In this document: in pieces, positions 54,966 through 64,000 of the stretch
Layout: each line of letters starts with the position of its first letter
How positions within the stretch are numbered: position 1 is the first letter of the stretch
Assembly: GCF_964204645.1 (NCBI RefSeq)
Contig: NC_134036.1
Span: 4,308,600 to 4,372,599, forward strand
Direction of reading: 5' to 3'
Source: Tubulanus polymorphus
Lineage: Eukaryota > Animalia > Nemertea
Length of the DNA stretch: 64,000 nucleotides
The notes under the pieces: model-generated
Databases searched by the model: none
Seen by the model: the letters and a program-made list of their open reading frames with translations, nothing else
What the model was told of the DNA's origin: nothing
Program-made: the position numbers and the translations under genes

Positions 54966-55831
54966 CAAGACGCGGTCTTCCAAGGGTCACAATGTAAAGA
55001 TCAGAGTGTCTGCAGGGGCGGGGAAGGGGGTGGCCGGTGCCAGGCTACTGATTGATTACACATATGCATTAAAGCTTTCCGAGTTCGTGAACTCGCTAGA
55101 AGATATTCTAAAAGCTGTGTCGTTGATCCGGGCAATCATATCCTCTTTTCTCCCGGCGGCAAGCCCGGCAAAATTAGCGATTTCAATCTCGACGAACTCG
55201 CGTCATCAAATCATAAGCTTACCCCAGCCAGGCGTCATATTGCGACCCCCGCGCTAGGCGGTTAATACCATCTCGCGAAATGGTGACGACTCGTGAACCA
55301 ACGTAGAGACAATAATACGCAAATCACGATTCTAATCAACGCGCGCGCGATCGTTCAAGGCCGCGACGCCGCGTTCGAAAAGACGGCGTCGGGTTCATTT
55401 TCTAAGCACGCGCTCGATTTCGATTATGTTTTATCAATTTCTAATGAATACATTAACATAAATTTCATAACAGCAAGCGCTTTGTTCGCTCCTGCAAATA
55501 CGCGTAGTTTGATAATGGTTTCGGCTTTTCGCCATCAGTAAAATGAATACCAGGGACAATCCTTATTTTCAGAGATAAAAAGAAAACTACACGTCGTAGC
55601 TTTACTGAAACGTGTTTGTCGTATCCAAACGCTGAAGTACTTCGATATCATATTCGATAGACTTTCATAAACGCATTATCGGGAAAAACGATATCATCGA
55701 TAAGAAAAAAAAAACACCCGTACGTAAATATAGCCGAAGCTAATTGGGATTGAGGGCAGCGAGGGCATTGGGCGATGAAATATCCAAACGGCGTCACTTG
55801 ACCCAATTCGAAGTGTATTTCAGAGTTAGCC

Positions 55832-55862
<31 letters not shown>

Positions 55863-56024
55863 AGTGGGAGAGTGGCGCCGAGCGAGTCAGCTGCCGCTCG
55901 TGTTATTAGTGACATTTTCGAGGGCTCTTCCTACGTCGCTTTCACAACACTAGTCAATTACCGATCCCCTAATGGATGTATTTACTTGCGCGCACTATAG
56001 TTCCGTAACGTCATTTCGGCCACG

Positions 56025-56030
<6 letters not shown>

Positions 56031-56080
<50 letters not shown>
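56031..56080. repeat. (TA)n microsatellite
   Basis: Directly visible. Confidence 0.97.
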
Positions 56081-56085
<5 letters not shown>

Positions 56086-56178
56086 GATATTGAATATTTC
56101 AGATTCAGTTTCTCAGTTGGAGAGTGAATTCCGAGTTTTAGAATTACAGTTCATTTTCGATTATAGTTAACTTCCATA

Positions 56179-56286
56179 ACCTGATTCCACAGTTGTGAGT
56201 TTAAGTTAACGCCGAGTTTGAATCAGTTCATTTTCGATCAGATAACTCTTAGTCGAATCTTAGCTCAGAACTGCGGAATTGGGTCC
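56179..56286. mobile_element. MITE-like family D copy
   Basis: Starts ...TTCCACAGTTGTGAGTTTAAGTTAAC and ends AACTGCGGAATTGGGTCC; same family as the end amplified at 39712-39996. A partial duplicate lies just upstream (about 56101-56172). Confidence 0.6.
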
Positions 56287-56914
56287 TACACTTGTTGGAA
56301 CCGTGTCCGGCATCTGAAACCCATATATCACGTATGAACATAGACAACGTACAGCCCCATTATCCGGTTACACTTTTCTTCGTTTAATCATTTTTAAAAG
56401 AAAATACAAAACTTACTTACTTTCATCTTATCAAAAATAATGAACCTGTATGATTAAACTTTATTTGGATATGAATTTATATTCAAACATGCATTTATAC
56501 GTATGAGAGATTTTGATGTGATTGTGTTGTGTGATTGTGTTGTGTGAATATGTTGTGTGATTGTTGTATGGCTGGGGTTCGGGATGGGTTTAGGGGCCAG
56601 TTTCTTACAAGCCTCGGCTTTTTACTGCTCCCTCCTCTCTATTTCTGTTATATATACTGTGAAATAAATCTATTTATTTATTCATTTATTCATTCACTTA
56701 TATTGAAATATCTATTCATGTATATCTGTGTATTACCGGTAATGATGATTCTGCATTATATGTAACTGAAATTGTAAAAGAAAATAAAGATGATGATGAT
56801 GGTACTTAATATATCGTCTTATAATGTAACATTTCAATGAAAATAAATTTCAATTTTAAAAGGGTCTGGGGGATCTATTCAAGATAGGAAGTTGGGTAAT
56901 AGACGTGAACGATT

Positions 56915-57075
56915 GAAACTAGGGTCTGAAGTAGTCAATTTTATGTAATACTCAATGTGGAAACGGGTTTAAGTCGGACTGAACCCACACGACCGTGGAA
57001 CTATAGGATCGGAATCATATCAAACCCATGTAACTGTGGAACTATGCGTACACAACTGAGCCCAGCTTCAAATCA
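56915..57075 (-). repeat. Family B array, reverse orientation
   Basis: Repeated GTGGAAC and AACCCAC motifs. Confidence 0.7.
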
Positions 57076-59319
57076 AACATAGCCCTATATGAATTAGGCC
57101 TAAAATGACATAATTCATGAAAAAAGCATATCATAATCCGCGATGCCTGCTGTACTTTATGTTGTGTCGCTGTGCGTAAGAAAGCCAATGATATTGCTGA
57201 CATTTGGTTTAGGTTGGTTGACGCAATCTTGTGAGAAAACTGCATCTACAACGACATTTGTTTCTGGCAATATATCCGTCATCTGTCGTCGACAGTGCGA
57301 CAACCGTTAAAATGGCAAAAATACCCTTTTACAGCAATTTCGATCGAGCATTCGATGGATTTAGAAATGTCTCAGGTGAAGTACTGAACACATTTGAAGC
57401 ATGGACGATCAGTTTCTGGAAGTGTGCTGATAAAAATAATGTCTGATGTCTGGTGTAATTCTAGTTTTTTTTTAAAGAATATCCCAGGTGATGCACTGAA
57501 TGAACACATTTGAACAATAACTGTCAACATTCCTGGACGAATTTATCGAACTTTTCAAATGAAACACGATTGGTAACATTTCGTAATGGAACACGATGAT
57601 CCCCTGAAACAAGACAGGACTAGGATTTGAGAACATAATTTCGGAGGAATATCATGCCTCGGAAAACATCTGGAACAACAGATTACATTTCGGGGTAGAA
57701 TGTCAGGAACATAACAGAACGCCCAGTATCGGATAAGAACGGTATTAAGGTATAGAATATCTGAACGGTTTACAGGACCAAGCCAGCAGATTGACATCTT
57801 GTTTTTTTGGGTGGTTGGGCGGTCTAGGTCTAGAGACTGACCCCCTATACCGTGCAGAAGTCTAAGATAGCGTTGAGTAAAAGAAAAAAAACAAAAACAA
57901 AACGAGTGGGATCGTCTTTCTATAAGTCCTAAAACATCATTTTAAACATCTTTAACCGGCAGCGGCTGCGGCTTCGACTGCGGCTGCGGTATAACAGAGT
58001 TACTAGCATCTCGATATATACGAGGTCTACTCAACCATATAACGACGTCAGCTGCTAGATTTCCTTAGCGCGCGCCGCAGAAATAAACTTCGAGCACACT
58101 CAATTATTCAAACGAACGTGACAGAATCCGTTCTACTTAAGCTTTCGCCGACTCACTCTCTTCAGCCTCTCTCTCTTTCATTCTCTTCTTTCCTGTCGCT
58201 TTCTCCTCGCGAATCTCTCCCACTCCCTCTTCTCACCGATTTCTTTTCTTCGAAATCCCCCCTATATACACTTTCCCAAACCGCTTTCAATTTTCGCACG
58301 AGAATTCTTTAACGGTACGAATTTAACTGCGGACTTGGGCGCGCGTAGTCAACAGATACTGTCTACGCTCTATGTGGCAAGCGTAGATCTCCACCAGGTG
58401 TCGCTGGTGCGCATTCGGACAACGATGCCGGGTCTCTTTCTCACACCCCATAATCGAAACTTATCTATAAATTCTAAGATTCCTCGTATTTCTCTGAGCG
58501 TATGTCTGCATTTGAAGAACTCTAAGAAGAACTGCGATTGGCAATCCTGTAATACCAATTAATTTCTTTGTTTGTGTATAGAGTGACTTGTCGGTACACG
58601 TCTGGGTTGGGTGCAGAATTAGGTAACTGGCCATATCATATGTATTTATATTCACGTGTCACTATGATAGAAACATAAAAGGAAAAATAACTTCTACGTA
58701 TGATGAATGGAATATACGGACCCAAATCTCAGAGGACATGAATGTTTTATGAAGTCTAATCGAAAATGACCAAAATCACGGGTTCGTATTTCGACCAGTA
58801 AATCTAAGTTCAAATCGTTACATTCTTTCATTATTTCATTACAAAAAAGAGCTTCAGGTGTGCATAGAAGCTTCATCGGGTAAATAATGAGAAAGATTTT
58901 TTCGTCGTCACGGAAATGTCCTCGGAAAGCGGGCAGGGTTTGCAGCAGCAGCAGCAGCAGCGGCTAGCGGTCGTCAGTGTATATGGTAATCCTGTACGCA
59001 CGCATAGTGTAAACTAGTGCGTCAGCGCATATACGGCGGATGTTGAAATGCGCAATCACGCGCCGAACAAAACGACGAGAGCGCGCGCGGGAAAGAGCGC
59101 AATTAATAACTGATGATGAAATCATAGGAATTATCGAACGAATTCATCACGAATACGGGATTATCATTATCGATCGGCGACGTGTTGTGCGCGTATTAAA
59201 GGGTCGATAATAACGACAAGAGCTTAAACGCACGAATCTTGTACATACGTATGTTTGTACAGGAAGCGTTATCAATCAGTGCCGAGGGGTATTCGTATTG
59301 TGACCTAATATTCGGTCGC

Positions 59320-59590
59320 GGGTGACTGTCTTCCCCGGGGATTCTCTCAATTCGGAGGAATCCTCAATTCGGTCGGTCGACGATCTTGGCCTAGAATCCA
59401 CAATTCGCTCCTCGGAGGAATCCTGAATTCGGTCGGAAATCCTCAATTCGGTCGGGTGAAAGTCTTTCCCGGGAATTCTAAATTCGATTTTGTGGTGGGA
59501 ATGCCTCAATCCGGGAGGGTGAAGGTCCTATGCCAGTTAACATCGATTCAGAGGGGTGAAGGTCTCCCGCGGGGAATACCCGATTCGACG
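59320..59590 (+). repeat. Degenerate local tandem repeat
   Basis: Recurring GGAATCCTCAATTCGGTCGG and GGGTGAA(A/G)GTC motifs. Confidence 0.7.
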
Positions 59591-59756
59591 AGCGTATGGC
59601 GATCTATACCTCGGTGACAAGGACGACTTCGAACAACTCGTCAGGCACTTCGATGTCGAAAAAGGCAATATCATGTCGATGGACGCCTACAAGCCTCACA
59701 AGTCCCCCGGACCCGCCGCGGTTGTCGAAAACCCTAAATTCGCGCGGAAAAGGTGA
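59590..59756 (+). other. Coding-like fragment on the strand opposite to CELF (exon or pseudogene piece, unidentified)
   Basis: Open frame AYGDLYLGDKDDFEQLVRHFDVEKGNIMSMDAYKPHKSPGPAAVVENPKFARKR with many C/G-ending codons and a possible donor AAAG|gtgatt at 59752/59753. Confidence 0.35.
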
Positions 59757-60349
59757 TTTCTACAGCCGGAGTTGGTCAATACGCGCAATAAGACGCCGTG
59801 TGTAACGACACGAAACGAACGTTACTCGATAACAACTGACTATAACAAACACATCACCCGGAATCGATGGACGAACAAGCGCCGCATCGTAATCGTATAG
59901 CGGCGACCGCGGCGATGAATAAGAACTCGCCGAACAACAACAACCGCCGCCGCCGCCAATATTGGATATTCTAATCAATTTGACGGCCATAAGACTCGGT
60001 ACACGATGAATACACATAAAGCGACATTGATACGGAGCGACGCGATGAAAAAAAGTCGGCCGCTGAACGGTGTTAGCGCTGGCATAGATGCAGTGGATCA
60101 TGTATAAACCGGATTTGATATCGCGCGAATTTAATATTGCCGAGTCCTTTCTTAATGTCGCGGATATCCGTGACCGGGTCTTGTAAATGAGGAGAAAAAT
60201 CCGAATGGGAAACAAGGATGAGGTCATTGTCTAGAGCCTTGAGTAATCTTGTATTTTATGACAATCACATAAGTTGTTAGATTTGTACTGTTGGCAAAGA
60301 TAGCTTTAGCCTGTTCTTAGACCTGAGCTACAACACTGTGCAACTCGCC

Positions 60350-60745
60350 TTTGTTCCACAGTAATGTGTACAATGGGTTTATTTCAACGCTGAACCCAGT
60401 TGTGTTGACTTAACTCCCCAATTTCACAGTTGTCTAATTTGATTCTACTCTTGACCCAGTCCCTCAGTTGCGCGGGTTCATTTGACTCAGTTCCAGTTCC
60501 ACCGTTGTGTGGGTTTCATTTGACTTGAGATCCAGTTCCACAGTCTTTTGGTTTTGATTTGACTCTGAATACAGTTCCACAATATAAAAGGCTTAATTTG
60601 ACTCTGGACCGAGTTCCACAGTTGGGTGGTTTATATTGACTCTGAACCCAATTCCACAGTCGTGTGGGTTTAATTCGACTCCGAACATAGTTCCACGATG
60701 TGACAGGCTCAATGTCACTCTACCCAGTGTTGTGACTCAGTTCCG
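60350..60745 (+). repeat. Family B array
   Basis: About 10 units with AGTTCCACA at ~39-40 bp spacing. Confidence 0.9.
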
Positions 60746-63700
60746 TACTTGAACCGTCCTCCTTCTATAGAAGTCGTGCACAGGTAATCTTACCCTTGCA
60801 GCCCGCGCACGGATGTAGCTAATTACAACAATCAACCGACGCGCAGTACGCCTTCTACCATCTGCGATAATTGCGCTATAATTTCCTTCGTCGTGAACAC
60901 ATTTCTAATGACGTTCGCCTGGTGTAAACAGGCATTCGACGATAGAGACCTAGGCTGGGTTTCATAGATATGGAAGAAAGATAGTATCTGGGAACATTTG
61001 GACATTTGTCAGTTATAACTATGGTTTCTTGTTGTTTATATGGTGGTTGTCACCCAAATCGAGGATTCAAACCCCAGGGATAACTTTGATACTCAGTCTA
61101 TGGAAGCGGGTCCTGATGTCGAGCACTGTCGGCTTACTAAGACTCAAGATTTATATAGCGCATAGCGATAATATTCAATAACATACTCAACAAAATCGTC
61201 GATTTCAACATTGCATAAAAACAGCGAAACGACGACCTTAACAAGCACCCCGTGACCTCCTATCAGAGTAGCAATTCGCGCAAGATCTGCCATAACATCA
61301 TATTTATTCAGTAAAGCATTTAGCGAAGGCATGCTTTAAAAGCAATTACGTCAAGCACTGTATAAGTAATACAACTTCTAAAAGATCCTCAAGATCCACC
61401 AAGGCAAATTCCTTCGAAGGTATACTGCCGTAGACGCGATTTTAGACGATACAGTCCGTTGTAACGCAGCAATCTTTTTCTCGATGACACTGTTCGCTTG
61501 ACGCCAACAATTTTTCCAGATAACAAATTTGCCCAATCTAACAGAAATTCAATCATTCTTTATAACGCCGTTAATTTCGTTACAATGCCACTATCTATTG
61601 GCCTAAACAGTAGCACCATCGAGAACTGTTAACGTATGCCCAAATCTAGAAAGCAGGCTGCCAACGAAATCTGCATCGACCACCGCTGAAAGGCTATCCC
61701 GGCAAACTTGGCCGCTGCCATTTACAACGACGACCATTCATTCGGCACTTTCCGGCGCGACTCGGCAAAATAATTTCCGCTCATAAATAATAATCATTAA
61801 TACTAATATACCGGCGAGCAGAATGGGGCAAACAGACAACCATCGATAAGCGATCCCGAGGGCAGAGTGGAATTATCTCCATGGCGAAGTTTTTCCGACA
61901 GATATCCTGACATCCTGGCGCATCCAGTCCGCGCCGATCGCCATTACCCGCCGAATCACGGCATCACGTGACCGGACGTCCGCAATAGCTAAGCCTAATC
62001 GGCTACGGCTTCGCCATGTTCGGGCTTTTTATTTTTCATGGTCAATTTGCAATTAGCTTTGTTTTCATCTGTTTCTTCGAAATGCGGAAAAGCCGGATCG
62101 TAACTTCAAACGCTATCTACGCGCGTCCGAAGTCCGAAGATTATATAGCTCAAAATGGGCGAAACGGTCAAGGTCATTTTTCTGCCTACGGTTAATGATT
62201 CGAATTGTGTCAAGGTCTTTTAAGTCTCTACTAGGAACTCCAAGAACTACAAGAAGAAGTGGCTCGAACAGGTAATTACATTAACACGAGTAACTTTCAT
62301 CTAGATTTTTCCGCTTACTAAATCAGAAATTAGCCGTAAACCCATATCGTGTCTCTTAATGAACTCGGATTGATGCGTATGGTTTACATACGGCGCAAAT
62401 TTCATTTTCGACATTCGCGAAATTCGAGAAATTACGGATAGATTGCGATTCCGAAATAGAAAAGAAATCTGGGATAGTCTCCCAAACGCTCGCACTAGCG
62501 ACCCTAGCGGATCCTCACTTGCCACAAGCGGAATCCTCGATTGCCGCAGTCGAACGCGGAGATCAAAATCATTCGCACTGTTTTGCCGTTTTCCTTTTCA
62601 CTACTCTACACCGGTCGATCGAATAACGAAAGAAGATGAATAATAGATTATACGCTCGAATCGCGATTAGAAGCAAAACAAAAAACCCGTCGATATTGAC
62701 GGCGCAACGTCGCGGTGCCCGACCGCGCACCCCAACGGCAACAAATAAGGCAAATATCGACCCGATGTTTAGCGGCACAAACACGACATCGCCGGCGCAA
62801 TGTATACACGCCACCAACCGCACACACACACACACACACACCAGCCTCGCCAACCACTCTATCTCTCGAAGCTGATGGAAATTATCGAAAACGGCTGGGA
62901 ACCGAACAGGTGGTCGCCGTATCGCGTTATAGTCTCGCATTGTATCGTGTATACGGTTCGCATCGTAGAGCGAAGAACCGCCAACGCTATCGCGGCACTC
63001 CGCCCGTGGCAAGCGAGGATCCGCTAGGTTCGCTAGCAGTAGTTAGTCTACCCATCCGCGTTCAGTTTCTCAATTTTCACTAAATTTCATTGAAAATCGA
63101 ATGAACATTTCCTTAAAACAACCGAAAATGGTTATCTGCGTTGTTTAAATTCGATAAATTTTTTCAATCCGCTATAGTTTTAACTTTGACGGATTCAAAT
63201 TCAATCGATAGCCTTGGAGCTGGATGCAAGACATAAAATCACGTATCATATAATTTGTTCTTCTCACCGAATGCCGGGTATGCTAATGGAGAAACACTAC
63301 AATCACCGAGATCATGGCAATCCTAAACTATAGCCTAGAAAGCGGACTGTCCCGCTCAACAAGTTGGCCAATAGGTAAACGAGTTCTTCGAAAAAAACCG
63401 CCAGAAGTACACGCGTTGGTAAGCGATAAACAAAACCGTCTTTCGCTAACGAGAATATCTACGAAATTATTCCGAAATCCCCAATCGAAATATTCTAGTG
63501 GACTAATAGCCATCGTCGGAAACTCTGGAAAACTTGTCCGGAATGCGCTAAGCGAAACATCACGAACGTATACGCATTATAGGAACGCCTTATACGAAAC
63601 CTTGAACGAGTTGTTATCGCAATCTCGGCGATATCGTGAAGAACATATTCGGTTACTAAATGAAATACACGATACAGTTGTTGTTGTCTATGGGCTAATG

Positions 63701-64000
63701 TTGATTATCGTCGGCTATATCCGCACGACATTATAGAAGTTTACAACGCGAATGCTCAAATCGCGTATAGTATAATGTTTGTTTTCTTGTGCTGGCGCGC
63801 GCCTAATGTCTAAGAGTAATCCGATCTCTCTCGAGAGATCCGCGCTGGCGAAATTCAATTCGTCCCTAATCGACGAAGACAATATGCTCAGTTCGTTCAA
63901 CAACGTGGTTATTATCGTGATTATCATGAGTATCATCGCGAAGGACTTAATCAGGTCGAGTTGATTCTCGATGGCTTCAGCCCCCACCCAACTTTCATTT

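Noticed and set aside
48200-64000. Expected CELF RRM1 exons
   Set aside because: Searched by eye for RRM1-type sequence (e.g. NRPIQVKPAD) on the minus strand and found none; they may lie outside the window.

Overview
This is eukaryotic (animal, probably invertebrate) genomic DNA that is almost entirely intronic or non-coding, so nearly all ORFs in the supplied track are spurious. The window lies in a large minus-strand gene of the CELF3-6 / Bruno-3 / UNC-75 RNA-binding family. Two canonical RRM2 exons are clear (24183-24311 and 23112-23191). I did not find RRM1 exons or the next exon (GASSSLVVKFAD...) in the window. Two further minus-strand segments look like alternative first coding exons whose splice phases match the CELF reading frame. 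48040-48196 ends in phase 1 and joins directly to RRM2, giving an RRM1-less isoform. 8847-8984 ends in phase 0 and would skip almost all of RRM2; with an AG at 9009-9010 it could instead be a 162-nt exon carrying a premature stop. The introns hold dispersed minisatellite families (57, ~40, 87-92, ~65 and 74 bp units), small TIR elements including a Ginger1-like MITE with a CCGG TSD, tRNA-SINE-like remnants, microsatellites, an unexplained dispersed 35-60 bp motif, CTCF-like motifs and a few coding-like fragments on the opposite strand. By eye, CpG-rich unique islands alternate with repeat-derived blocks at roughly 1 kb spacing. Repeat boundaries are approximate and were read manually.
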